Position numbers and translations under genes: made by a program. DNA of 64,000 bases from Haliotis cracherodii. Taxonomy: Eukaryota. Shown in pieces: positions 14,742 through 28,215 of this stretch; position 1 is the first letter of the stretch; every line of letters begins with the position of its first letter. The notes beneath the pieces were generated by a model. That model was not told the DNA's origin. It worked only from the letters and a program-made list of their open reading frames with translations, and searched no databases. Location: the NCBI RefSeq assembly GCF_022045235.1, contig NW_027266297.1:19468001-19532000 (forward strand), written 5' to 3'.

Positions 14742-14950
14742 GTTTGTTTGTTGTTTAACGCCGCACACATAAATCATCCTGCTATATGGCGGCGGTCTGT
14801 AAATAATCGAATCTGGATCAGACAATCCAGTGATCGTTATGAGCCTCGAACTATTGGGAAACGATGACATGCATCAACCAAGTCGCCAACCTGACCACCC
14901 GATCCCGTTAGTCGCTTCTTACGACCAATTCTCAACCCGCTCTTCACGGG
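14742..14950 (-). mobile_element. Family C, diverged
   Basis: Tail and body match. Confidence 0.8.
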
Positions 14951-16114
14951 ATTTGGGGGAAGTGAAGTGAGCAAGCAAAGGTATTGCAGCCATATAACGG
15001 CGGGATATACAACACTATAAAGTTAAAATGACGCTCTTAAACCGGGGTGGGTTTTCTCGCTGAAGCAACTGTTTTTGCAAGCTATCAAGGCAACCTGCAT
15101 TTGTTTCATCGAGGATGGTTGACCATGAAATAGGGTGAAAATACAGTCAGACCAGGATCTAGAGTAGAACCCCGGAGCTCGATTTAACTATATAAAACAT
15201 GCACAAGTGCAACCAAATATTTACGTCTGCATGCACCAAGTGCATAAAAAATCAAATTTGTGCGTGAATCACCCTCACTTGATCACACAAAATCGATCTT
15301 TGAACACGCTAAATACCTCTAAAGTATATTTGCTACACTACATCCCTAATCCCTGTGTAACGTGTAATTTGCTATGCTTTCTTAGGCTTGACGTCATCAA
15401 AATGTGGGTACTTAAGATTATGTGCACGCTTCTATTACGTCTTGCAGCAATGCATCGTTAATATATGTGACACTTGCAGCTTGCCTTTGATAAATTTATA
15501 GGACCGGGGTGAGACCTGGTTTTGTTTGGTGCAACTTGGTTTTCATGTCAACAAGTTAAATTGCAGTTGAATCAAGTTCCTTACATCGACCTTGAACCCC
15601 CACCCGCGGTGCAAAATTGGCACAGACACACCACGGTACATATTCGATTCACACAGAAGAACCCTTAGCCTCGGTCCCCCTGTTTTCAGTACATTTCATA
15701 TACTTAAATACACCGTTTTGTTTTGTTGCAAGTTACGGATAGAAGGATGAAAATAGAATATACTATAACATTTGCATATTATCAGACCGCCACCTTGTAT
15801 AATCTTTGTTGATAAAAGCATCATACCAAATTCAATAACAAGCAATTAATTACTAGTATTCACATACATATTTAAAAGTTATTATACAAACCAATTTCTT
15901 TCAAGTAGCTCAAGATTTGATGCCCGCTTACACGGAAAAAGAAATCTTTCAGATTTACTGTTTGATCATGTGAATCCCTTGCAATTGCAAAGTCCACACA
16001 GTCAAGCAATACTGCGGAAAGGTATCTTTGTGGGCTAGCGCATTTAAATCGGGATTATTCCAGACCAGTACAAGCAGAGTAACACACATGCGCGAACGCA
16101 CACACACAGGTGCA

Positions 16115-16213
16115 GGGGCGGTCGGGTAGCCTAGTGGTTAAAGCGTTCGCTCGTCACGCCGAAGACCCGGGTTCGATTCCCGACATGGGTACAATGTGTG
16201 AAGCCCATTTCTG

Positions 16214-16250
<37 letters not shown>

Positions 16251-16304
16251 TGATATTGCTAGAATATTGCTAAAAGCGGCGTAAAACCATACTCACTCAC
16301 TCAC
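16115..16304 (+). mobile_element. SINE family A, full length, inserted in the tail of a family B copy (about 16030-16376); 33-nt poly-C tract
   Basis: A box TAGCCTAGTGG, B box GGTTCGATTCC, GTC in the anticodon-like position (tRNA-Asp-like), tail gctaaaagcggcgtaaaaccat(actc)n. Confidence 0.9.
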
Positions 16305-16866
16305 ATACGTGCATGCACGTCGCTTTATAAGTGCAACAGTCTTGAACGCGACGTTAAACTCCATTTCACGTCACCTTATTATTATCATTATTGTTTCCTT
16401 TTTTTCATCAATAGACAGGTTAAAAATACACCCTGTGATCAAAGGATTAGATATCACCCTCCCTGTATAATAGCTGATCCATACGAGAGGTCCGAGGTAA
16501 ATGGCCGTTAAAACATTGGTCAATCAGTCGGACACGATTAGCTTGACGTCCGTCCAGAATTACCCCTCTCAAATAAAGAAGGGGATATGGCCAAATGGCT
16601 ACCATGCTGTGGCAGGCACTTTGATGAAATGTGTTGATAGACGGTGATCGTTGCACTGATCAGATGTATTGACTGGCGACACAAGTTGCTTATATTGGCG
16701 GGCGTTTATATCATTGGACCGTAATGAGCATTGAGCTGTAATGCCAGAACTGGCGCCTGTGTGTTCGTGTCGTCTGATCCCATCTTCCAAAGGCAAGGGA
16801 GTTGACTAAAAGTCCAATTTCCACCCTTGCCGAACGAGGGTGGAATTTCCAGACTCGATCGTAGCG

Positions 16867-17833
16867 ACTGTTGGAACCATTATTCATGAGCATCTTGGTA
16901 TGTCCAATGTATCTGCAAGATAGGTACCTAGAAACCTCAGAGCTCAAGATCGCCATCAGAGAACTGAAAGTTGTCGAGACCTCCTGGATCTCTATGCTGC
17001 AGATGAAGCCAGATTTCTTTCTCGTCCAGTGACAGGTGATGAAACATGGATTCACCACTGGGACCCAGAAACTAAATTGGAATCCTTGCAATGGGAAGCA
17101 GCCCGATTCTCCCCCTCCGAGGAAGTTTCGCACTCAGCCATCGGCTGGCAAGGTAATGCCAACATGTTTTTACGCCGCTTTTAGCAATATTCCAGCAATA
17201 TCATGGCGGGGGACACCAGAAATGGGCTCCACACATTGTATCCCATGTCAGTATTCGAACCAGGGTCTTCGGCGTGACGAGCGAACGCTTTAACCACTTG
17301 GCTACCCGACCGCCCCTTTTGGGATGGAAGAGGCATATTACTGATTGATTACATGCCACCAAAAACTACAAACAATGGACAGTATTATGCTAATGTAATG
17401 AAAGAATTGCGAAAATCTATTCGCCAGAAACGCCGTTGGATGTTAACACGTGGTATTCTACTTTTGCATGACAACGCTCCTGTTCACAAGTCGAGAATTG
17501 CACAGGCCGCCATATGTGAACGTGGTTTCGAACAGTTAAATCACCCACCCTACAGCCAAGACTTATCCCCAAGTGACTATTTCCTGTTCCGGCAAATGAA
17601 ATCTGCCCTACGTGGAAGACGCTTCCAGGATTACGAGGACATAAAGGCTGTCACAGAGGCGTGGTTAGAGGGCCAATCTGCGGATTTCTATAAAAGTGGT
17701 ATTAAAATCTTGCAGGACAAATGGAATAAGTGTATTAAGGTGAATGGAGATTATATTGAAAAATAGAGGTGCAAAAGATATTCTGCGATTTGGTCTATAT
17801 AGAAGTTACAAAACTCATTGAACGACCCTCGTA
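16867..17833 (+). mobile_element. Decayed, 5'-truncated mariner transposon (DD34D transposase pseudogene) with right TIR, interrupted by a SINE
   Basis: Translates IIHEHLGM..VSAR*VP, VTGDETW, HDNAPVH, HPPYSQDLSPSDYFLF and GDYIEK, with an in-frame stop in WVP and a frameshift near 17095. Ends ...cattgaacgaccctcg|TA. Confidence 0.92.
17167..17316 (-). mobile_element. SINE family A inserted in the mariner transposase
   Basis: Splits the transposase KVMPT.F/WDGRG segment at a T-run. Confidence 0.9.
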
Positions 17834-17993
17834 CATGAAACCACTTGAGAACCTTGATTTAAAACTTGAAGAGATTTTGACCGTCAGGTGAGGGAATACA
17901 AGCTCTGCAAATCCTGCAATCGACCGCAATCGACACGTTGTTTGCAAACCATGTGTCGATTTCGTCACGTTTTTTACTGTTTAAATACTAACC

Positions 17994-18840
17994 GATCGTA
18001 GTGGTAGTTGCAGATCGTAGTGGTAGTTGCAGATCGTAGTGGTAGTTGCAGATCGTAGTGGTAGTTGCAGATCATAGTGGTAGTTGCAGATCGTGGTGGT
18101 AGTTGCAGATCGTAGTGGTAGTTGCAGATCGAAGTAGTAGTTGCAGATCGAAGTGGTAGTTGCAGATCGTAGTGGTAGTTGCAGATCATAGTGGTAGTTG
18201 CAGATCTTGATGGTAGTTGCAGATCGTAGTGGTAGTTGCAGATCGTAGTGTTAGTTGCAGATCGTAGTGGTGATTGCAGATCGTAGTGGTAGTTGCAGAT
18301 CGTAGTGGTAGTTGCAGATCGTGGTGGTAGTTGCAGATCGTAGTGGTGATTGCAGATCGTGGTGGTAGTTGCAGATCGTAGTGGTGATTGCAGATCGAAG
18401 TGGTAGTTGCAGATCGAAGTGGTGGTTGAAGAACGTGGTGGTAGTTGCAGATCGTAGTGGTGATTGCAGGTCGTAGTGGTAGTTGCAGATAGTAGTTTGG
18501 TTGCAGATCGTAGTGGTGATTGCAGATCGTAGTGGTAGTTGCAGATCGTAGTGGTAGTTGCAGATCGAAGTGGTAGTTGCAAATCGTAGTGGTGATTGCA
18601 GATCGTAGTGGTAGTTGCAGATCGTAGTGGTGATTGCAGATCGTGGTGGTAGTTGCAGATCGTAGTGGTGATTGCAGATCGTAGTGGTAGTTGCAGATCG
18701 TAGTGGTAGTTGCAGATCGTAGTGTTAGTTGCAGATCGAAGTGTTAGTTGCAGATCGAAGTGGTGGTTGAAGAACGTAGTGGTAGTTGCAGATCGTAGTG
18801 GTGATTGCAGGTTGTAGTGGTAGTTGCAGATCGTAGTGGA
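17994..18840. repeat. 19-bp minisatellite (gatcgtagtggtagttgca)n, about 44 units
   Basis: Direct inspection; explains the 303-aa repetitive ORF. Confidence 0.95.
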
Positions 18841-20420
18841 CGCAGCAACAACGGTATGATTAGAACCGACGTAGCAGTAACACATATAATTAGAATCGAC
18901 GTAGCAGCAAATATTGTGTGACTAGAACCGACGCAGCAGCAACTATATGTTAAGGTGACGTGAAATGGGGTTTAACATCGGGTCAAAGATTATTGCATTT
19001 ATATAGCAACGTCCATGCACGAGTATGTGTGGCTGCTTGTTCTAGTCCTGACAGATGCCGATTTATAGTGCAAGCCTATTGAGATACCATGCCGCAGTTT
19101 AACATGAATAACCCCACTCAGACACAGTATACTGACTCCGAGTCGACCAGTAAATGTCGAGCGGGCAGGGTAACAACAAGAACTATCCTAAAAGTCTTTT
19201 TGAGTGACGCGGCCGGGATCGAACCCCGGACCTTCCACTCTCCGGGCAGACGCTCTACCACTAGACCACGGAGGCGGTCCTCTATGAATAGAACCGACGT
19301 AGCAGCAACACGTTTGATTTGAATCTACAAAGCAGAAAAACCTGTATCATTAGAACCGACACAGAAACAACTGTATGATTAGAACCGACTTAGCAGCCCA
19401 GCTATGATTAGAATCGGCGTAACAGCACAAACTGTGTGATTAGAACCGAAACAGAAAATACTGTGTGATTAGAACCGACTTTGCAACACAGCTATGATTA
19501 GAATTGGCGTAGCAGCACAAACTGTGTGAATAGAACCGACACAGAAACAACTGTATGATTAGAACCGACTTAGCAGCCCAGCTATGATTAGAATCGGCGT
19601 AAAAGCACAAACTGTGTGATTAGAACCGGAACAGAAAATACTGTGTGATTAGAACCGACTTAGCAACACAGCTATGATTAGAATTGGCGTAGCAGCACAA
19701 ACTGTGTGATTAGAACCGACACAGAAACAACTGTATAATTAGAACCGACATGGCAGCCCAGCTATGATTAGAATCGACGTAGCAGCACATACTGTGTGAT
19801 TAGAACCGAAACAGAAAATACTGTGTGATTAGAACCGACTTAGCAACACAGCTATGATTAGAATTGGCGTAGCAGCACAAACTGTGTGATTAGAACCGAC
19901 ACAGAAACAACTGTATAATTAGAACCGACTTGGCAGCCCAGCTATGATTAGAATCGACGTAGCAGCACAAACTGTGTGATTAGAACCGAAACAGAAAATA
20001 CTGTGTGATTAGAACCGACTTAGCAACACAGCTATGATTAGAATCCGCGTAGCAGCACAAACTGTGTGATTAGAACCGACACAGAAACAACTGTATGATT
20101 AGAACCGACTTAGCAGCAACAGCTATGTTTAGAATCGACGTAGCAGCACAAACTGTGTGATTAGAACCGAAACAGAAAATAATGTATGAATAGGACCGAC
20201 TTACCAATACAGCTATTATTAGAATCGGCGTAGCAGCACAAACTGTGTGATTAGAACCGAAACAGAAAATAATGTATGATTAGAACCGACTTAGCAACAC
20301 AGCTATGATCAGAATCGGCGTAGCAGCACAAACTGTGTGATTAGAACCGACACAGAAACAACTGTATGATTAGAAGCGAAACAGAAACAACGGCTGAATG
20401 ATTGGTACCGTCGTAGCAGC
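18841..20420. repeat. About 30-bp subunit minisatellite with 90-bp and 180-bp higher-order periods
   Basis: Core tgattagaa(c/t)cg every 29-32 bp; sequence at 19381, 19561, 19741 and 19921 is in register. Confidence 0.92.
18952..19279 (-). mobile_element. SINE family B inserted in a minisatellite array
   Basis: Full head and tail; array units continue on both sides. Confidence 0.88.
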
Positions 20421-21949
20421 AACAACAAAAAGTTACTGTATTATTAGACCCGACGTAGTTCCACCAGCTGTGTGATCATAATCGACGTGGCAGCATCTGT
20501 GGCAGCACCGATGTAGCCGCAGCAACTGTAGGAGTACCAGCAGCACCGGCACCCGCAGCAGTATAACCGTACATGTGACAGTAGGGGGATACGAATTCCC
20601 AGTCAATGTATTAATGTTTTGTTTCATAAAGAGAAAAGGTGGTACAGCGCAGGGACCAGCTATCGACAACCTTCTGCTTGTACAGTAGAAGTAAAGTCCG
20701 CCCTGCCTTCAGGCCTCGGCTAGAAATACACCATAGATAATGTATATGTGTATGATCGGTCCTGTATACCTTCCACAGTATCAATGAGCTGACTGTCACA
20801 ATACATATCATCTTATACGCTATAAGTGCATACCACGCGGAATTTGTTGTTGATCCCTAACTCGCCTCCACTGAGTTACAAGAAAAAGTCTTTTGAGGCC
20901 ATGTGTACAAATTATAATTTGCAATATGTAAGAAACTACATTTGTTTCATGTTCATGTTAATTGATTAAGCACTGAGATGCGCAATTGCTTTATAAAATA
21001 TCCGTCATTATCCGTGTATTTTACATAATGAGATGGATACTCGTTGTTGTCATGAGAAACATGTTTTAAATGTGCGAACTTCACCAGGTGCCGGCCGAGT
21101 CCACTTCTGTATTGGAGGCGTGGCAGGTACACGCTGGTATTTGTTTTCGCTCGATAAAATATCATGACTTTATTTATTTAAATTTACTCTGACACTTATT
21201 TGTCGGTGTCCCCTGGGCGGGATAGTAATCCTTCTCGGAAAAAAAGGATCGGGTTAGAAAAACAAAACACCTGGGTTTTTCCCTCGGTTTTCCTCAGCTG
21301 GTTTCAATTGTGACTGTTCCAACCAAAGTCAGACTGGTCAGCACGTTTGTACGTATGTTACAGATGAAGACGCATCATCCATCACCACTTCCAACGATGT
21401 GTTCACTGTATGTTCACCAAGCCAAGCTGTATTTGCAGTGAAAGTAAGACAGGCAAATATACATAAGGCGGGGAATACGGATGGCGCTGAGATGAAACTT
21501 AGCTCCGAGTGTTTAATTGTGACAAAAAGTATGTACAATTATCATTTTAATGATTTACTTTTCACAGGAATTTAGACTAACTTGTTTCTGTCTTGTGGTT
21601 TGACGTGGAGCGCTCCATGACCCTTGAACCTATCACGGTGGCGGCCATGTTGACTTGACAGGACGTGGGGTAGTTCGACATGTACCTTTACCCCCATGTT
21701 ACAGTTTATTGCTTTAAGTAAACATGAAAGGTAATTGGTTTTTAAGAAAAGGAGGTCAGTTTACCCCGGCAACGACTATATATCTCTACGTTCAAATAGA
21801 CCAACACATTTTTCAACTGATATTCGTGAAAGTAGCACAGATCATTGGGCTTCGCCCACGCACACGCATGCAATTTCATCGGTTGCTGAAGACCGATTCT
21901 ACACGTACACGTACACGTACACGCATACGCATACGCATGCAATTTAATA

Positions 21950-22100
21950 CCCGTGGAGATCCTGGGTAGAATAGGTCTTCAGCAACCCATGCTTGTCGTA
22001 CGACGCGACCAACGTGATCGGGTGGTCAGGCTCGCTGATTTGATTCATGCATGTCAACGTATCCCAATTGCGTGGATCGATGCTTATGATATTAATCACT
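21950..22100 (+). mobile_element. Family C 5' half abutting the 24-bp array
   Basis: Head to aatcactg, then the array starts. Confidence 0.8.
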
Positions 22101-22106
22101 GCATGG

Positions 22107-25100
22107 ATTATATGACACCTACAGAACCGTTATATGACACCTACAAAACCGTTACATGACACCTACAGAGCCGTTACATGACACACCTACAAAACCGTTA
22201 TATGAAACACCTACAGAACCGTTACATGACACCTACAGAACCGTTACATGACACACCTACTGAACCGTTATATGAAACACCTACAGAACCGTTACATGAC
22301 ACCTACAGAACCGTTACATGACACACCTACAGAACCGTTACATGACACACCTACAGAACCGTTATGTGACACACCTACAGAACCGTTACATGACACACCT
22401 ACAGAACCGTTACATGACACCTACAGAACCGTTACATGACACATCTACAGAAGCGTTACATGACACACCTACAGAACCCTTATATGACACACCTACAGAA
22501 CCGTTATATGACACACCTACAGAACCGTTACATGACACACCTACAAAATCGTTACATGACACATCTACAGAACCCTTATATGACACACCTACAGAACCGT
22601 TATGTGACACACCTACAGAACCGTTATGTGACACCTACAGAACCGTTATATGACACACCTACAGAACCGTTATGAGACACACCTACAGAGCCGTTACATG
22701 ACACACCTACAAAACCGTTATATGAAACACCTACAGAACCGTTACATGACACCTACAGAACCGTTACATGACACACCTACTGAACCGTTATATGAAACAC
22801 CTACAGAACCGTTACATGACACCTACAGAACCGTTACATGACACACCTACAGAACCGTTACATGACACACCTACAGAACCGTTATGTGACACACCTACAG
22901 AACCGTTACATGACACACCTACAGAACCGTTACATGACACCTACAGAACCGTTACATGACACATCTACAGAAGCGTTACATGACACACCTACAGAACCCT
23001 TATATGACACACCTACAGAACCGTTATATGACACACCTACAGAACTGTTACATGACACACCTACAAAACCGTTACATGACACACCTACAGAACCCTTATA
23101 TGACACACCTACAGAACCGTTACATGACACACCTACAGAACCGTTATGTGACACCTACAGAACCGTTATATGACACACCTACAGAACCGTTATGAGACAC
23201 ACCTACAGGACCGTTATGTGACACACCTACAGAACCGTTATGTGACACACCTACAGAACCCTTATATGACACACCTACAGAACCGTTACATGACACATCT
23301 ACAGAACCGTTACATGACACACCTACAGAACCCTTATATGACACACCTACAGAACCCTTATATGACACACCTACAGAACCGTTACATGACACATCTACAG
23401 AACCGTTATATGAAACACCTACAGAACCGTTACATGACACCTACAGAACCGTTACATGACACACCTACAGAACCGTTACATGACACACCTACAGAACCCT
23501 TATATGACACACCTACAGAACCGTTACATGACACACCTACAGAACCGTTATGTGACACACCTACAGAACCGTTATGTGACACAACTACAGAACCCTTATA
23601 TGACACACCTACAGAACCGTTTTGAGACACACCTACAGAACCCTTATGTGACACACCTACAGAACCGTTACATGACACACCTACAGAACCCTTATATGAA
23701 ACACCTACAGAACCCTTATATGGCACACCTACAGAACCGTTACATGACACCTACAGAACCGTTACATGACACACCTACAGAACCCTTATATGACACACCT
23801 ACAGAACCGTTATGTGACACACCTACAGAACCGTTACATGACACACCTACAGAACCGTTACATGACACCTACAGAACCGTTACATGACACATCTACAGAA
23901 GCGTTACATGACACACCTACAGAACCGTTACATGACACACCTACAGAACCCTTATATGACACACCTACAGAACCGTTATGTGACACACCTACAGAACCGT
24001 TTTGAGACACACCTACAGAACCCTTATGTGACACACCTACAGAACCGTTACATGACACACCTACAGAACCCTTATATGAAACACCTACAGAACCCTTATA
24101 TGGCACACCTACAGAACCGTTACATGACACCTACAGAACCGTTATGAGACACACCTACAGAACCCTTATATGACACACCTACAGAACCGTTACATGACAC
24201 ACCTACAGAACCGTTACATGACACACCTACAGAACCGTTACATGACACCTACAGAACCGTTATATGACACATCTACAGAAGCGTTACATGACACACCTAC
24301 AGAACCGTTACATGACACACCTACAGAACCCTTATATGACACACCTACAGAACCGTTATGTGACACACCTACAGAACCCTTATATGACACACCTACAGAA
24401 CCGTTACATGACACACCTACAGAACCGTTATGTGACACACCTACAGAACCGTTACATGACACCTACAGAACCGTTACATGACACACCTACAGAACCCTTA
24501 TATGACACACCTACAGAACCGTTATGTGACACACCTACAGAACCGTTACATGACACACCTACAGAACCGTTACATGACACCTACAGAACCGTTACATGAC
24601 ACATCTACAGAAGCGTTACATGACACACCTACAGAAGCGTTACATGACACACCTACAGAACCCTTATATGACACACCTACAGAACCGTTATGTGACACAC
24701 CTACAGAACCGTTTTGAGACACACCTACAGAACCCTTATGTGACACACCTACAGAACCGTTACATGACACACCTACAGAACCCTTATATGAAACACCTAC
24801 AGAACCCTTATATGGCACACCTACAGAACCGTTACATGACACCTACAGAACCGTTATGAGACACACCTACAGAACCCTTATATGACACACCTACAGAACC
24901 GTTATGTGACACACCTACAGAACCGTTACATGACACACCTACAGAACCGTTACATGACACCTACAGAACCGTTACATGACACATCTACAGAAGCGTTACA
25001 TGACACACCTACAGAACCGTTACATGACACACCTACAGAACCCTTATATGACACACCTACAGAACCGTTATGTGACACACCTACAGAACCCTTATATGAC

Positions 25101-25374
25101 ACACCTACAGAACCGTTACATGACACACCTACAGAACCCTTATGTGACACACCTACAGAACCGTTACATGACACACCTACAGAACCGTTACATGACACAC
25201 CTACAGAACCCTTATATGACACACCTACAGAACCGTTACATGACACACCTACAGAACCGTTATGTGACACACCTACAGAACCGTTACATGACACACCTAC
25301 AGAACCGTTACATGACACACCTACAGAACCGTTATGAGACACACCTACAGAACCTTTATGTGACACACCTACAG
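22107..25374. repeat. 24/22-bp minisatellite (tgacacacctacagaaccgttaca)n, 3.27 kb
   Basis: Direct inspection; near-identical ORFs recur at offsets of 520 and 712 bp. Confidence 0.97.
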
Positions 25375-25630
25375 GCTAACTAAGGATACTGGATACCGTC
25401 TCCTTGTCGATTTCATTACTACGTTTTACAAAAATAAGATTTAGCCAAATTCCGCATTATCATCACAACTCCGATTTCAGAGCAAGATTTGTCATGTTTA
25501 TAGTCTCCTGCTGTAGGAACTGATTCGGTTTGAGTCATCACAGTTGTCGGCCTAGGTAGACACATCCGTGAGCGTGCTCACAGTTCACCGTTAGACTAAT
25601 GTTATTGTCTAAATGTTAGCTTCGCCACAG

Positions 25631-25813
25631 GCAGCCCCGCTAAAAAGACAGATTTAAACGGGTTTTTTTGGTTACAACTGTGCGTACACTTGAATCAGTG
25701 TATGTGTGCTAGCAACGCTTCGCAACAAGCAGCCCCGCTTTAAAAAACAGATTAAAATGGGTTTTTTCACAATTTGCGTACACTTGAATCAGTGTATGTT
25801 TGCTAGCAACGCT
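25631..25813. repeat. Tandem duplication of about 98 bp
   Basis: gcagccccgct...gcgtacacttgaatcagtgtatgt.tgctagcaacgct occurs twice. Confidence 0.8.
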
Positions 25814-26076
25814 GCGCCAACAAATCACGAAGTTTCTCACATATGTCAACGAACGTTCCTAAAATATCCTTTGGGGAGCTTTAGAAAGACAGAAGAAATT
25901 AACAAACAGTATCTTGTTTGAAACCCTGTCCCACCTAACCACACCTCTCAGAACACATTCGATCAATATTTATATACCTGCTTCAATTGAACAACATTGC
26001 TGCTATTCCAGGCTGGATCACTAGAAGCTCATTTAATCTCCGATTTCTCCATGTTGTTGCTCAAGGTATAAGCGAT

Positions 26077-26410
26077 GAGGTGAGGTGGGGTTTAACGTCG
26101 CGTCCAAGATTATAGCGACGTGCATGCACCTGTGTGTGTGTGGCTGTTTGTACTAGTCCGGACTGATGCCGATTTATAGCACTAGCCCACTGAGATACCA
26201 TTCCACAGTTTAACATGAATACCCAACTCAGACACAGTATATTGACTCCGAGCCGACCAGTCCTTGATTTAGCCCCTTAATGCCGAGCGCCAGACAGGGT
26301 AACAACAAGTACCATTTTTTAACATCTTTTGGTATGACGCGGGCATGGATCGAAACCCGGATCTTCTGCTCTCCGGGCGCGCGATTTACCACAAGACCAC
26401 GGAGGCGGTC
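26077..26410 (-). mobile_element. SINE family B, full length
   Basis: Head, core and (TCACC)n tail; flanking gcgatgag repeat. Confidence 0.88.
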
Positions 26411-28108
26411 CATGTCAGGCGATGAGCGATTTATTAATACATAACATGTGAAAAGGCGGCGACTGGACATATTTAGTGTTATCAGCAAAAAGTGCACGTA
26501 AGCAAACGTTTTATAAGTGAACAGAGTGAGTCAGTGAGTTTAACTCCGCTTTGAACCGTATTTCAAATGCATCACCGCGTGTGATCTTGATCTTGAAATT
26601 GAAGGAAAGCAGGTATTAGGCGCTCACGACTTTTGTGAAACCCACGAGCATGGATGTGGTGCGGACAAACAAAAATATATTCTAGGCGAATATAGGATTC
26701 GAATCCAAGATCATGCCCACACCGAATCGTAGTGCCTTCAACGACTGGGCATCTTCGCGGGGCAAGGGAGTTAACTGACTACAGAATTCCAGTTTCCGTC
26801 AGTTAACACCCTTGCCTCGGGAAGACGGGACTGAGTCACTTGTGTCAGAAATTACGACCGCTTGTTTAAAGCCTGTCTATATACTCGGACCATTCAAACA
26901 GAATTGTTTCATAGTTGTGTAGGAACAATGATGGTAGCTCTCTTTAGTTTGATAACCCCGCTGTTATAGTGCTGGAATATTGCTAAAAGCGGCGTACAAC
27001 CATATTCACTCACTCACTGATAACAGATAGTGTCCGAGTGGGTGAATGTTGTTTTCTACCGCATTCAGCAACATTGAGAACTAAGGCAAATTGAAGACTA
27101 TGCATCCAACTGTGGAGTGTTTGACTGAATGGTATACTTGATGAGAAATATTCAAAGATATAACGATGAAAAATGTCACCATGTTTCATTTGTATTGAGT
27201 TCGCGATCAGCACTGATGGAGTCGGCTAATACTACGGGTAGTACGACATAGTCGTAATAACAGTTGCAGCAGTATCATGGTGGCAGTAGGAGTAGTTGTA
27301 GTGGTGGTAGAAGTACTAAAAAGTAAACTATCGAAATATGACTGAAGTAATGCCGATGTTGAATCACACGCTGGGTATTTGAGCTCAATCGGTTAAATGT
27401 CATGGTATGAGTTGTTTGATGCGGTCGTAAAATCTGCCTTTCGGGCCAACACCTAGGCACTTGACTGTCTCCGCGATGTGTAAGGGGAAATAACTCGGCA
27501 AAACATTCGAACTGCTTGACATGAGAAAACTGTCGTATAACAAAATGAAGGTACAATGAAGTTCCTGTTGGCCTAGTTAATCTCCTAGAATTCAGAGTTG
27601 TGGAATACCTGTGAGTGTTTAGGTTTGGTTTACATCGTTCTGGACAGGATTTTACCTATATATGTAGTCTACATGGCATTGACCTGACGTAGAAGGAAAG
27701 TCCAAAGACGTTTTGCGCGTCATTGAAATACAGAGTACCGTATAGGATGGTCACAACTGGTCATAAATGGGGCGAATCCTGGATTTGAACCCACGAGCAA
27801 CAGATCCTGGCACGGCTAAGGGACTCAATTCGTCACAACGAGATGTGACGGACTACTGTAGTGACATGATGAAAATCATTAAATAAAAATAATTTGAAAA
27901 AACCCCGTGTGTTTGTGTGTTGGACTTAAAGATACAAAAGTGCAGATAGACTGATTGAAAACGAGTGACAATACCAGATTCATACGACTGTTGTTCCATA
28001 TCAAATAATAGTTTAAAAAACGTGGCTTGTAAATTGGGTTGGGTTTTTTCATCTACACTAAGAGTAAAACCAAGTTAGGTCTGATGGGTGTTGTCCGTAT
28101 GAAACCAG

Positions 28109-28215
28109 GGCCCACTTGCACAAAGTGATCTTAGCGCTAAGACTATTGTAAGCCTATGTTACAGCATGGGAGTTACGATCATCTTAGCGCTAAGACCGCT
28201 TTGTGCAAGTGGGCC
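28109..28215. mobile_element. 107-bp palindromic MITE (PIF/Harbinger-like, CWG target)
   Basis: TIR ggcccacttgcacaaag...ctttgtgcaagtgggcc, flanked by CAG and CTG; second copy at 62840. Confidence 0.8.

Noticed and set aside
16115-16190. tRNA-Asp gene (and the similar tRNA-like heads of families A, B and D)
   Set aside because: Each continues into a SINE body and tail, several with TSDs, has imperfect stems and lacks a T-run terminator.
16482-16495. Left TIR of the mariner (tacgagaggtcc)
   Set aside because: It matches only the first few bases of the right TIR, and the intervening sequence does not encode the transposase N-terminus.
17974-18885. 303-aa Cys/His/Thr-rich ORF
   Set aside because: It is the translation of a 19-bp repeat (not a multiple of 3), with no splice or domain support.
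19349-20390. CRISPR-like repeat-spacer array
   Set aside because: The spacers recur in a fixed cycle, no cas genes are present and the context is eukaryotic; it is a higher-order minisatellite.
22248-25383. Many MTHLQNRY, TPTEPLHD and SCNGSVGV repeat ORFs
   Set aside because: 22-bp units keep shifting the frame; all are products of the minisatellite.
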